Source: Nostoc sp. (GTDB taxonomy: Bacteria; Cyanobacteriota; Cyanobacteriia; Cyanobacteriales; Nostocaceae). Taken from it: a stretch of DNA of 64,000 nt. Positions 10,576-21,367 of the stretch are shown here, piece by piece; position 1 is the first letter of the stretch; each line of letters begins with the position of its first letter. A program made the position numbers and the translations under genes. The stretch is taken from positions 393,340-457,339 of the forward strand of contig JBALDB010000007.1 of assembly GCA_036918135.1 (NCBI GenBank). The letters run 5' to 3'. The notes below the pieces were generated by a model. It saw only the letters and a list, made by a program, of their open reading frames with translations. It was not told where the DNA came from and did no database searches.

Positions 10576-10815
10576 AGTTGAGCCACTGCATTGGACGCCT
10601 CTGGTGGCTTTCAAGTAAGTGGCGTCTGATTCAATAGTGCAGCTAAGTCGAGTCTTGTCTGTTGCACGCTCTTGGGTTCGAGCGCCGGAAGCCTCTCTTG
10701 TCTACAAGATGCACTTGCGTTCGCAATCTTACTTTGCGATGTGTCGCTCTAAACGTTGGTGCAAGAACAGAAGCTATGCCGAACGCAAGTGCGTCTTTGT
10801 AAAGAAAAGACTTTA
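10576..10815. repeat. GC-rich composite palindromic element, copy A
   Basis: 10576-10738 is a reverse-complement homolog of 15506-15651; internal IR GATGCACTTGCGTTCG / CGAACGCAAGTGCGTC. Confidence 0.75.
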
Positions 10816-10987
10816 CACGATGCTAATATACCGCTAAAAGCCGATGCTGGTGACTTTTCGCTATTTCTTGTAATACTTTCTACTCAAAAAAGCAATACAT
10901 TTATTTTTCCTTTTTGCCTGCTTCTATTAAAATGCTTTGCTGATTTAAGTATATCGGTGTGAATATTTATAATTGGGATGAGGCAGA

Positions 10988-11075
10988 AGGCAGTCCCGAT
11001 GAAACAAGTTTCACCACCAAGCATGAAAAATGTATTTTCCCCTACACCCTTACACCCCTCTTTCAAGTCAGGAGG
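10988..11075 (+). repeat. ~90-105 bp dispersed repeat, copy 1 (copy 2 inverted at 61492-61595)
   Basis: Shared AGGCAGTC..ATGAAACAAGTTTCAC..GCATGAAAA..CTCTTTCAAGTCAGGAGG. Confidence 0.75.
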
Positions 11076-12101
11076 CAGCTATGCTTGAGGAAAAAGGGTT
11101 TAAGCCAATTTAATTTTTCTTAAGATAGTTTTGTTTTTTCATACCGTTCTATTTACATGAATTGAGAGAAGTCTCTAGCAACGCATTGAGAAATTAAACA
11201 CATCATTTGTTACTTTTATTACAGGTTGTGGTTTTATTCTAAATGCACTATTTTTATCAGACTTTTTGGCAAACGGTATAATTTATAAAGCTCTTGCTAA
11301 TATCGTGTTGGCTCCAAATTTTGTCTGTTAAAGTTATTTTTGCTGCTCTTATGCCTTCTGCTGATACTCTAAGTCTTTACCTGCTCGGACTAATTCATAA
11401 CTATAACTCATCTATAATTAAAGTTAATTTAAAAATATTTATTAGTACATTTTTATATGTTTATTAATTCATTAACTGGTCTGTCCATCAATTACGAATT
11501 AGTTAGGGCTTTGCCTTCTTTAACTGATATGAGGAATTACTAATTATTCTGCTCGTAGTCTTAAAGTTAAACTTGTAGTATATTATATGCTTAAGAGGAT
11601 AACTACATATAAATGCACGTTGATTAAATTTTCCCAGGTCTTCCTCAGCGAGTCATATCCCTTGGCTAAAGTACAGTTGGGTAGGTAATTTAGAATCTAG
11701 ATTGGCTTATGGCTTAGTTTGTGAGCCTAGATAGAAACCTATTAATTAGGCAGTGTGTTCTTTGACGACAAAGTTATAGCGATCGCCATTGCCTCTGGTG
11801 TTTCATTTGAGCTATTTGTGGTGATGCAGATCGGCTCTAGTGGCTATTGTGTGTATTCGGTTTAGGATCATACCATAAAATTTAAAACTTCTACCAAAGT
11901 TCTACAATACTTATACAAGTTATAAGCATGACGATGACTGAAGTTTTGCTCAACCTCATGGAGATTTAATTGTAAACAAGTACTACAGTAGCGATCGCAC
12001 TAAGCAAAAATCAGCGTGAATGTACTTTCAACACAAACACGTAAAGCAAAACTAGCACAACAGTTAATTGCCCAACCAACAATAGGCAGCAAGGTAACAT
12101 T

Positions 12102-12821
12102 ATGATTACAGTCCCCGATACTACTGCGAAAATTCTCATTGTCGATGACGACTTCGGCGTCCGAAATCTCGTCTATCGTTTTTTAAGTCGGAAATATCAA
12201 ATAGAATCAGCAGCAGATGGTAAGACTGCTTTATCGTTGTTTGAGCAATTTAACCCAGCCCTAGTGATTTTGGATTGGAATTTACCAGATGTTAACGGCT
12301 ATAGCCTCTGCCAAGAAATGCAGAGTCGTACTAATGTTTTAGTAATGATATTAACTAGTAGAACTGATGAAGCTGATAAAATTAAAATCTTATCCGCTGG
12401 CGCTGATGATTTCATGACTAAACCGTTTAGTCTTGCAGAAGTAGAAGTGAGAGTAGAAGCTCTTTTGAGGCGGATACGCTACATTAATCCCTCCCCTACA
12501 CAACGTATCGTCTTCAAGCAGCTAGTAATTAACCCAGAAGGTCGGGAGGTAACACTTAATGATAAACCTCTCACCTTAACAGCCTTAGAATTTAATATTT
12601 TACATTTTTTAGCAAGTCATCCGGGTCAGGCTTGGAGTCGTCCACAGCTAATCCAAAAAATCTGGGGTTGTGAATACGTCGGAGATGGACGAGTGGTTGA
12701 TGTGCATATTGGTCAGCTTCGTAAGAAGATGGAAATCGATGCCAGTGTACCAGAGTTTATTAAAACTGTACGCGGCTACGGCTACAAGTTTGAAGCCCCT
12801 GAGGAAAATACTAATTCATAA
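12102..12821 (+). CDS. OmpR-family response regulator (paralog 1)
   Basis: ILIVDDD, ILDWNLP, GADDFMTKPF, VDVHIGQLRKK, TVRGYGY. Confidence 0.95.
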   Translation: MITVPDTTAKILIVDDDFGVRNLVYRFLSRKYQIESAADGKTALSLFEQFNPALVILDWNLPDVNGYSLCQEMQSRTNVLVMILTSRTDEADKIKILSAGADDFMTKPFSLAEVEVRVEALLRRIRYINPSPTQRIVFKQLVINPEGREVTLNDKPLTLTALEFNILHFLASHPGQAWSRPQLIQKIWGCEYVGDGRVVDVHIGQLRKKMEIDASVPEFIKTVRGYGYKFEAPEENTNS

Positions 12822-12970
12822 ACATTGGGCATTATAAGTGCCCAGTGCTAGGTCAGGAGTTAAGAGTGCCCAGTGCTGAGTGAGGAATTAAGAGTTATTA
12901 TTTTCCCCTCTGCCCTCTGCTCACTCCCCCCTCCCTGTATTTCTTGAAGTGTGTTTCCTGAAGGATAGAT

Positions 12971-13597
12971 TTAGCGTAGAAAGCTACTAACTAACCATAA
13001 CAAAATAAAAGTTAGTGCTGTAGACAACTGATTCGATCCGATATTTATGAATGATATTTGTGGTAAGAGCCAGCTAGCAAGTAGGCCTCCAGCAATTAGG
13101 CCAATTATTAAACTGACCAGAGTGAATAAAACTGCTCTCCCAAACTTGCCTTCTTTGCGATTGAGAAAGTAAATACCGATACTTACCCCAACCACTAATG
13201 CTAATTGTAAAACCCGATCGCCTCCCTCTGAGTAAAACAGACTAATAGCACTCAAACCAAGATACCAAGCTCCTGGTAAGAGGATATCAGCAGGCGTTGG
13301 CTGGTCTATCATTCGTTGCAGCCATGCAGGTGAATGCTCGCGGGGGGTTTGAGTTTCTTTAGGGGGCGATTGTACTCGCAACTCTGGAAAGCGAATACGT
13401 TCAGGAACTTTAATTTTACCTTCCTGACGCATCCGTAAACGATCCATTAAAATCGCATCGTAAGCCGCTTCAATCACTTCTAGATGCTTGGCATCACCAC
13501 TATGTTGCTCGAATAGATGATTACGAGCATCCTGAATTTCATCGAAGGAAGCCTCTTCTGATACCCCAAGTTTTTCGTAGGGATTTTGATCGCTCAT
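12971..13597 (-). CDS. CPP1-like (J-like domain) membrane protein
   Basis: NPYEKLGV..ASFDEIQ..EAAYDAILMDRLRMRQEGKI plus C-terminal TMs. Confidence 0.85.
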   Translation of the reverse strand: MSDQNPYEKLGVSEEASFDEIQDARNHLFEQHSGDAKHLEVIEAAYDAILMDRLRMRQEGKIKVPERIRFPELRVQSPPKETQTPREHSPAWLQRMIDQPTPADILLPGAWYLGLSAISLFYSEGGDRVLQLALVVGVSIGIYFLNRKEGKFGRAVLFTLVSLIIGLIAGGLLASWLLPQISFINIGSNQLSTALTFILLWLVSSFLR

Positions 13598-14291
13598 GGG
13601 AGTTTATTACTTCAGCCTCAGTCAGCGGCAGTCTATTGTCGAAGGAAAAACAAATTTAGCTTTTGTTTAGATCGAAACTTAATGTTTCGACTTATGTTTA
13701 TGGTCTATCAGGATAGTAGCACGAGTTAGTTTGACCGACTTTGAGATTTAGACTATAGTCACTTTAACATATCGCCATAACTCCGTGTATACCCTCATGT
13801 CGTTGCCCAGTTCTGGCTCTAATCTAGAATTTGAACTAGATAGTACCTAAAACGCAGAGTTTTTATGAAAAAATTAACTTTACTGTTTCAAATTTGGCAA
13901 CTTACTGTGCCCTAACAGAGTTTTTTAATTATACTGATGATCGCTTGTGGTGTAGAACCACATCTCGATTTAAAATTGAAACGTTTTAAGTTACCACCTA
14001 ACTGGGATAAAAAGTATTCGAGTTTTACAAACCGCTGTGGCTAAAGTTTGAACGTCTTTATGGTAAGCACATTGATAGTTACAAAACCTGCACACCATGC
14101 AGGGCTAGACTATGGTTTTCCAGAAGTTTCCCGTTCTCATCGCCGACAATCCTGATTCCAGTATTAATTATTTGAATAATCAAGATTTTCATGCCGTAGC
14201 TCTGTAGATTCTTTATAACTCCTAAAGTGGTAACTGTGTTTTTACGTAACCTTCTTGTTAATCTTACGAATTTTTGTGCAAAGTGATGGTC

Positions 14292-15011
14292 ATGGCTCCC
14301 GCCAAGATTCTTGTTGTTGACGACGACCCTGCGGTTCGGAATTTAATTCAACGCTTCTTGATGAAGCAGAACTATCAGGTGGAGGCTGCCGAAGATGGAA
14401 AGACAGCCTTAACTCTATTTGAGCAATTTAACCCTGATTTGGTGATTTTAGATGTGAATCTACCAGATGTAATTGGGTTTAACCTCTGCCAAGAGATGCA
14501 AAGTCGTAATGGTGTTTTTGTTCTGATGCTGACTAGTCGTGCTGACGAAGCTGACAAAATTCGCGGTTTTTCTAAAGGTGCTGATGACTATCTCACTAAG
14601 CCTTTTGGTTTGGGAGAGCTAGAAGTCAGAGTAGGAGCGATTTTGAGACGCCAGCGAGTCATAACTACTGCCGAACAGAAACGTTTGGTTTTTGAAAAAC
14701 TGATGATCGATCCTGTGCGACGGGAGGTGGCACTTAATAACCAACCAGTACCCTTAACTGCTTTAGAATTTGACTTATTGCATTTTTTAGCCAGTCATCC
14801 AGGTCGAGTTTGGCGGCGTGCAGAATTAATTCAAGAGGTATGGGACTATGAATATGTCGGCGACCAGCGGGTTGTAGATGTACATATTGGTCAAATTCGC
14901 AAGAAAATTGAAATTGATGCGAGTCAGCCAGCGTTAATTCAAACTGTACGTGGTGTAGGGTATAAGTTTGAATCTCCTGCTCACCCTCAACAGTTGGAAG
15001 CCAAGTCCTGA
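14292..15011 (+). CDS. OmpR-family response regulator (paralog 2)
   Basis: ILVVDDD, ILDVNLP, GADDYLTKPF, VDVHIGQIRKK; ATG 14292 gives 239 aa, same as paralog 1. Confidence 0.95.
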   Translation: MAPAKILVVDDDPAVRNLIQRFLMKQNYQVEAAEDGKTALTLFEQFNPDLVILDVNLPDVIGFNLCQEMQSRNGVFVLMLTSRADEADKIRGFSKGADDYLTKPFGLGELEVRVGAILRRQRVITTAEQKRLVFEKLMIDPVRREVALNNQPVPLTALEFDLLHFLASHPGRVWRRAELIQEVWDYEYVGDQRVVDVHIGQIRKKIEIDASQPALIQTVRGVGYKFESPAHPQQLEAKS

Positions 15012-15368
15012 GTCTATAGTCTAGAATTTTTAACTCTTGACCAAAACAATTTTGGATTTCAAATTTTGGATAAAATTTATTTTGGTTTCAGAGCCATTAG
15101 GAGGAACTACTAAAGGTTTAGCAAACTTGAGCAAACTGGTATACCGTTCGGAGGGTAGCGCAGCTAACTGTGCTGCCCTCAGTGTATATTTAAACAATAA
15201 GGGTTACATAAGGCAACTCAAAGAAATAAATTATTCGGTTTGAAGTTGCTGAGTGATGATTGATGACTGTTGACCATTGATTGGGAACAGTGGGATATTT
15301 TTTTGTCAGTTTTTTGTCAGTCCCCAACAAGTAACTAATAGTCAGCTGCTAGTACTATTTTAGGTTTT

Positions 15369-15659
15369 GTGAAAAGTTGAGCCACTCGCTTGGTGTTAGC
15401 GTAGCTGTCTTCAACATAGCTAAAAGTGACGACTCGGCGGTTCGGGCCGTAAACGCGAAGTCGCTTGTCGTCAGACTTCTATTAGCGCGGATCTGTTGGA
15501 CGTAGCGCAAAGTAAGATTGCATATCGTAGAAAGGCTTCCGACGCTCGAATGCAAGAGCGTCTTTGACAGTAGAAGACTCCGCTTAGCTGCGCTATCGGA
15601 GCGAAGCCCACTTGTTGGCTGTCGGGAGACTTTAGTCGAGTAGTGGCTCAATTTTGCAC
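15369..15659. repeat. GC-rich composite palindromic element, copy B, with terminal inverted repeats
   Basis: GTGAAAAGTTGAGCCACT ... AGTGGCTCAATTTTGCAC ends; nested hairpins TGACGAC/GTCGTCA and GACGCTC/GAGCGTC. Confidence 0.75.
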
Positions 15660-15880
15660 TAGAAAAGCGCCGGCAACGCGCAGAACAGGCAGTTCCACAC
15701 CACTTCGTTGAACTTTTAGAACTCCAAAGGCAAAGCAGCCGCTCGCTCTCAAAACCCATTAATAGGGCACGGGTTTGTCGTACTCATATAAGACATGAGC
15801 CAGAATGACGCCCTTCATACCATTACCTATGGGCTGTCTAGTAAATTAGCTGTTGTTGCTGCAATCCAGGGTATTTTTAT

Positions 15881-16078
15881 TTAGGAATGGTGAAACAAAG
15901 TTTCTAGATAGACTCTAGCAGCACGGCGATCGCTCTCTCCATTTTGGAGTAAAAACAATGATAGTGCCGCTGTCAATACTCTGTTTTCATCCCAATCAGG
16001 ATGGGTTTCTAAGTAGTTTTTTAAGGATTCGTGAAGTGATTCGGGAATTTCTGTAAAAATACTAACCGTTGCTTTCAT
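15881..16078 (-). CDS. DUF2811-family small protein
   Basis: EIPESLHESLKNYLETHPDWDENRV..ALSLFLLQNG. Confidence 0.85.
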   Translation of the reverse strand: MKATVSIFTEIPESLHESLKNYLETHPDWDENRVLTAALSLFLLQNGESDRRAARVYLETLFHHS

Positions 16079-16450
16079 GAGATTTTCCTCCTCTGAGGTC
16101 AATCAAGAGGGATAAGTTGCTTGCAGTGAAATAGTTTCGGGCTACCTCACACAATCTTTCGCTTGCCCGATAATCTACGCCGACAACTCAGGTAATTTTA
16201 CACAGTTGATGTCAACAGTTGAATGGACTACAAAAGCAAGCCGCATCATTGTGCGCTAAGAAGGGGTAGGTTTGTCAATGCTGCGAAATGTTAAAAATGT
16301 TGGTATAAAAAAGAAATACGCACGAAATAATCAGACTTTTAAACCAATTTTTGTTACTTAACTTTACAAAAACTCAGTCCTCTAAGTTCTTAACTACTAT
16401 TAACTGACAATCCCCAGTAGATAGCCACAAGCCCATTAGCTCGTAGAACA

Positions 16451-16493
16451 CCTGTGGAAAACTGCTAAAATCCCTGTGGAAACCCTGTGGAAT
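16451..16493. promoter_or_regulatory. Three phased CCTGTGGAA direct repeats (DnaA-box-like)
   Basis: Copies start at 16451, 16473, 16484; the first contains TGTGGAAAA, the reverse complement of TTTTCCACA. Confidence 0.5.
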
Positions 16494-16542
16494 TAGTGAG
16501 GAAAATTCCAGCTAATGATAAGAATTACAAAAATATCAGAAA

Positions 16543-17826
16543 ATGATGACATCTAAGCTGATGAAATTAGCTTCCCAATCCCAGTTATCCTCGTGGTTGC
16601 CCTCGATACATCCCCAAGTATGGATTTTGGCGATTGGTAGATTTTTGTCGGAAGTTGGTACCGGCTTTACCTTGTTTTACGCTCCTATCTTTTTTGTCAA
16701 TGAAGTTGGTTTATCTGCAACCACCGTCGGCGTAGCCTTAGCTTGTGCCTCGATTTCCGGTATTGTCGGACGGATTGTTGGTGGTTCTTTGGCTGATTCT
16801 AAGAACTGGGGACGCCGCCGCACTTTGTTGCTGGCAACGGCGATTTGTGCTATCGCTTCTTTAGTTTTCGCTGCAACCAATAATTTTACTATTTTGGTAA
16901 TCGGTAACTTGATTAACGGCTTAGGAATAGGTTTCTATTGGCCGGCTGTGGAAGCTATTGTTGCTGACGCCAGCGAGATTGAGAATCGCCGTGAAACTTT
17001 TGCCATCAGTCGATTAGCAGATAATCTGGGGTTAGCGATCGGAATTACGCTGGCAGGGTTTTTAATAGCGATAATTGGGAGTTATCGCTGGCTATTTACG
17101 ATTGATGCCATCTCTTTTCTAGTGTTTTTTGGCGTTATCTATGTAGGAGTTAGTGATACCAAGGCGCAGGAAATCGACCAAGAAAAAACACAATATTTTG
17201 CTTCTTGGATGGCAGTATTCAGAGATCGTCGTTTCCTCGTCTACATCGCAGCTAATATCTTCTTTACAATTTACATTTCCCAGATACACAGTATCCTGCC
17301 GCTTTACTTCAAAAACTTTGTCATCGAAAGTACCGACCGAGGATTTGCTGAAACTACTATTAGCAGACTATTTGCTTGGCATTTGGTGGTAGCTATTATC
17401 TGTCAGTTGCCTGTTACCAGCGCCTTAAAACGCTGCTCTCACACACTTGCGCTCACTATTTCTGGCATTCTTTGGGCAATTGGTTTTGGACTGATTTGGG
17501 TAAGCGGTACTGCCACATCTCATAATATAGTTTGGGCAGCATTTGCATTAGGAGTATTTGCTTTTGCAATTAGTTCTTATACGCCATCTGCTGCCTCTTT
17601 AGTTACTGAGTTAGCCCCAGAAAATCAACGCGGCGTTTATTTCTCGATTAACGCTTTGTGTTGGGCTATCGGCTATTCTATTGGTCATCCCTTGGGTGGA
17701 TGGGCATTAGACCAACCGCGAATCATTGCCGATCGCTTTTGGTTATGCTTTTCTTTGAGCGTGGCGATCGCTGTGGTAATTTTACAGTACTTGAATCGAA
17801 TTTTGGCTGATGAATCAGCCAAATAG
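16543..17826 (+). CDS. MFS transporter
   Basis: About 12 hydrophobic segments; GSLADSKNWGRRR motif A; APENQRG. Confidence 0.9.
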   Translation: MMTSKLMKLASQSQLSSWLPSIHPQVWILAIGRFLSEVGTGFTLFYAPIFFVNEVGLSATTVGVALACASISGIVGRIVGGSLADSKNWGRRRTLLLATAICAIASLVFAATNNFTILVIGNLINGLGIGFYWPAVEAIVADASEIENRRETFAISRLADNLGLAIGITLAGFLIAIIGSYRWLFTIDAISFLVFFGVIYVGVSDTKAQEIDQEKTQYFASWMAVFRDRRFLVYIAANIFFTIYISQIHSILPLYFKNFVIESTDRGFAETTISRLFAWHLVVAIICQLPVTSALKRCSHTLALTISGILWAIGFGLIWVSGTATSHNIVWAAFALGVFAFAISSYTPSAASLVTELAPENQRGVYFSINALCWAIGYSIGHPLGGWALDQPRIIADRFWLCFSLSVAIAVVILQYLNRILADESAK

Positions 17827-17977
17827 TGTTATGCTCATACGTAGATATTTCTCAGGAGTTAAATCACAGTGATACGTTAATACAATAAACAGCTAAATCA
17901 TTATCAGTCGCTGCGATCGGGCTAAAAGTTCGATAAATATTGATTTTTTGTTTGTTGTAATTCTGTCAGGATTCACT

Positions 17978-18871
17978 GTGAATATTCCTTCTTCGTACCT
18001 CGAAAAAATTCGTGCTGTCTATCCCAAAATCTCTATTGACCACCTTGACTTTAATCAAGATGGCATGGTTAATGATGTGGTAATTGTTAATCATCAGCTT
18101 GTATGTCGCTTCGCCAAAGACGACTGGGGAAAACAAGTGCTTTCTCATGAAGCTAAGGTGTTGGAAGTGGTGCGAAGATATGTTGAACTGCGGGTTCCAT
18201 ACTTTGAACACTTAGAAGAAGGCTTTGTTAGCTACAGATTTATTAAAGGTGAACCACTATCTCGTAATACCCTGCTCAAGCTTAGTGAAACTTCACAAGC
18301 CCGTATCATCTCCCAACTAGCCAAATTTCATCAACAATTGCACAGCATTCCAAATGAAATTTTAGTGAATGCTAGGGTGTCTTCTTCTAATGCAGCGCGT
18401 TCGTGTAAAGATTGGTTGCGATTGTATGAGCAAGTTCAAGAAACTCTTTTTCCTCATTTATGGCGTCATCAGCAAACTTGGATACATGAACTTTTTGCGC
18501 CCGTGATTACAGGTGAACTTAATATGACCTACACACCCGTACTAATCGACGGCGATAAGGCAGTCTATCACATTCTGTTTAACCCCATATTAGAGAGTAT
18601 CAGCGGTTTGATTGACTTTGGCACAGCTGGTTTGGGCGACCCGGCTTGCGATATTGCTGTGCAGCTGGGTAATTACGGAGAAAGTATTGTGCGGCGGATG
18701 GAAAGCGACTATGCCATGTTACCGAGTATCATCGACCGGGCGCGTTTCTGGGTGGGAACACTTGAACTTCAGTGGGCTTTAGCCGGGATAAAATTTAACG
18801 ATATCTCATTATCGTTGGCACATATTGGTTTGGCTAGAGAAGTTGAACCCGTAGGTACAAGGTTAAATTAA
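17978..18871 (+). CDS. Aminoglycoside phosphotransferase/choline kinase-like protein
   Basis: CRFAK, LAKFHQQLH, IDGDKAVYHIL (variant Brenner motif), GLIDFG, GDPACDIA; start codon uncertain. Confidence 0.8.
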   Translation: MNIPSSYLEKIRAVYPKISIDHLDFNQDGMVNDVVIVNHQLVCRFAKDDWGKQVLSHEAKVLEVVRRYVELRVPYFEHLEEGFVSYRFIKGEPLSRNTLLKLSETSQARIISQLAKFHQQLHSIPNEILVNARVSSSNAARSCKDWLRLYEQVQETLFPHLWRHQQTWIHELFAPVITGELNMTYTPVLIDGDKAVYHILFNPILESISGLIDFGTAGLGDPACDIAVQLGNYGESIVRRMESDYAMLPSIIDRARFWVGTLELQWALAGIKFNDISLSLAHIGLAREVEPVGTRLN

Positions 18872-18889
18872 TCCTCTTTCCTACACTGA

Positions 18890-19540
18890 CTATCGTCGGC
18901 GTTCTTGGAGCTTCCGATATACGGATTTTAAATCAACTTGATGATGAGCTAAGGCAACCAAAGTATGATATAGCAAATCTGCGACTTCACCAGCGATCGC
19001 TTCTGGTTCATCATCTTTAAAAGCCATTACCACCTCAGCACTTTCCTCACCAATCTTTTTTAAAATTTTATTGTCACCACCCGCTAATAATTTGCAGGTA
19101 TAAGAACTTTCAATTGGATTATCGCGGCGATCGCATATTACTTCAAATAATTGTGACAACGTGTCCCCTGGTGGAGGAGCTATTTTTCCTTCTATTTGGT
19201 GAAAGCAACTTCGTTCTCCTGTATGGCAGGCAATATCTCCTACTTGCTCTACCCCAATTAGCAAGGCATCACTATCACAGTCATAACGGATACTCCGCAC
19301 TTTTTGAATATGCCCAGAAGTCGCTCCCTTGTGCCACAACTCTTGCCGAGAACGACTCCAAAACCAAGTTTCTTCACTTTCCAAAGTCTTTTGTAACGAC
19401 TCCTGATTCATCCACGCCATCATCAAGACAGTGCCATCAAGATAATCTTGAACAATTGCAGGCACTAAACCCCGTTCATCGTAGCGAATTTCCTTAACAG
19501 GGATGGCGTAATGTAGCGAATGCAAATCGTTAGAATACAT
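18890..19540 (-). CDS. hisIE: Bifunctional phosphoribosyl-AMP cyclohydrolase / phosphoribosyl-ATP pyrophosphatase
   Basis: [34 protein letters not shown]. Confidence 0.97.
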   Translation of the reverse strand: MYSNDLHSLHYAIPVKEIRYDERGLVPAIVQDYLDGTVLMMAWMNQESLQKTLESEETWFWSRSRQELWHKGATSGHIQKVRSIRYDCDSDALLIGVEQVGDIACHTGERSCFHQIEGKIAPPPGDTLSQLFEVICDRRDNPIESSYTCKLLAGGDNKILKKIGEESAEVVMAFKDDEPEAIAGEVADLLYHTLVALAHHQVDLKSVYRKLQERRR

Positions 19541-19635
19541 ACCAGCTAATCTGCTCTAATGAGAATGATTCATGGATTCACGATATCATTCTAAATAGGG
19601 CAGCTGGTATGTTTTTTGAATTTAGTAATCTTAAT

Positions 19636-19830
19636 TTAGCTCTCAACAAGAGCAGTTCGTTCCATAGCAGACTGCATTTTAACAGCACTTCGCGCGACTT
19701 GGTGAGCTTTTGAAGCTTCGCCATACCAATGAATTGCCGAGTTAAAAGCTGCCCGGTAAAGATCCTGGTATGCCTCAGATAATCGAGTCTGAATATCTAA
19801 AGGCAAGTCTTCATTAGACTTGTATAACAT
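19636..19830 (-). CDS. ChaB-family protein
   Basis: YKSNEDLP..AYQDLYRAAFNSA..AHQVARSAVK. Confidence 0.8.
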   Translation of the reverse strand: MLYKSNEDLPLDIQTRLSEAYQDLYRAAFNSAIHWYGEASKAHQVARSAVKMQSAMERTALVES

Positions 19831-19936
19831 ATTGTTATTTTCTTGGTTCCGCTAATTTTATACGATAGAAGTTCTAAGCAGCTTTTGACCCTATCCTAAG
19901 ATAGAGCTTTTTATTGCCCACTGTTAGGAGAGAACC

Positions 19937-21235
19937 TTGGTAAATACCTCAATTAAAACAACAAAATCACAAGAAGTCTTTGGCGCTGCTCAAAACCTGA
20001 TGCCAGGAGGAGTCAGTTCTCCAGTTCGTGCTTTTAAATCTGTAGGCGGACAACCCATTGTTTTCGATCGCGTTAAAGATGCTTACATTTGGGATATAGA
20101 TGGCAACCAATACATAGATTATGTAGGCACTTGGGGGCCAGCTATTTGCGGTCATGCTCATCCGGAAGTGATTGCAGCGTTGCATGATGCCTTGGATAAA
20201 GGTACCAGTTTCGGCGCCCCTTCGGTACTAGAAAATGTCTTAGCAGAAATGGTGATCGATGCTGTTCCTAGCATCGAGATGGTAAGATTTGTTAACTCTG
20301 GAACTGAAGCCTGTATGGGAGTTTTGCGCGTAATGCGGGCTTATACTAACCGAGACAAAATCATTAAGTTTGAAGGTTGCTACCACGGACACGCCGACAC
20401 ATTTTTAGTAAAGGCAGGTTCTGGTGTGGCCACACTTGGCTTACCAGACTCCCCAGGAGTACCTAAATCAGCTACTAGTAACACTCTAACCGCACCATAC
20501 AATGACCTAGAAGCCGTCAAAGCCTTGTTTGCAGAAAATAAGGATGAAATTGCTGGTGTCATTCTTGAGCCAGTAGTCGGTAATGCTGGGTTTATTGCCC
20601 CTGATGCTGGTTTCCTCGAAGGATTACGCGAACTTACTCACGAGCATGGGGCGTTATTGGTGTTTGACGAAGTGATGACGGGCTTCCGTATTGGTTATGG
20701 TGGCGCCCAGGAAAAGTTTGGCATAACTCCTGATTTAACAACCTTAGGCAAGGTGATTGGCGGCGGTTTGCCAGTAGGAGCCTATGGCGGTCGTCGGGAT
20801 ATTATGTCAATGGTTGCCCCTGCTGGCCCCGTCTATCAAGCTGGGACTCTTTCAGGTAATCCCTTAGCGATGACTGCTGGTATTAAAACTTTGGAATTGC
20901 TGCAAAAGCCCGGTACTTACGAATATCTTGACCGAATTACTAAGAAGTTAGCAGATGGTTTGCTACAAGTAGCCAAAGAAACTGGTCATGCAGCTTGTGG
21001 TGGTCAAATCAGCGCTATGTTCGGGCTATTCTTTACATCTGGCCCTGTTCACAACTACGAAGATGCGAAAAAGTCTGATACAGTCAAATTCGGACGCTTC
21101 CATCGCGGTATGTTGGAGCGTGGTATTTACTTAGCACCTTCTCAATTTGAAGCTGGGTTTACATCTTTGGCTCACACCGAAGAAGATATCGATCAAACTT
21201 TAGCAGCTGCACGAGATGTAATGTCTAATTTATGA
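19937..21235 (+). CDS. hemL: Glutamate-1-semialdehyde 2,1-aminomutase
   Basis: [41 protein letters not shown]. Confidence 0.98.
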   Translation: MVNTSIKTTKSQEVFGAAQNLMPGGVSSPVRAFKSVGGQPIVFDRVKDAYIWDIDGNQYIDYVGTWGPAICGHAHPEVIAALHDALDKGTSFGAPSVLENVLAEMVIDAVPSIEMVRFVNSGTEACMGVLRVMRAYTNRDKIIKFEGCYHGHADTFLVKAGSGVATLGLPDSPGVPKSATSNTLTAPYNDLEAVKALFAENKDEIAGVILEPVVGNAGFIAPDAGFLEGLRELTHEHGALLVFDEVMTGFRIGYGGAQEKFGITPDLTTLGKVIGGGLPVGAYGGRRDIMSMVAPAGPVYQAGTLSGNPLAMTAGIKTLELLQKPGTYEYLDRITKKLADGLLQVAKETGHAACGGQISAMFGLFFTSGPVHNYEDAKKSDTVKFGRFHRGMLERGIYLAPSQFEAGFTSLAHTEEDIDQTLAAARDVMSNL

Positions 21236-21367
21236 CAAAAAAAGTGCTAAGTCTTGAGTCAAGATAGCAGCTTTAAGCTCGTCCCACTCCTAAAAAGGAT
21301 GGGATTTGATATTAAGTGTTAACGGTTGACGGTTTACAGTCAACCGTTAATAGTTATCTATCGAAAA

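Noticed and set aside
15355..15759. 134-aa minus-strand ORF; also ORFs at 10619-10962
   Set aside because: They overlap the GC-rich palindromic repeat elements and show no protein-family motifs
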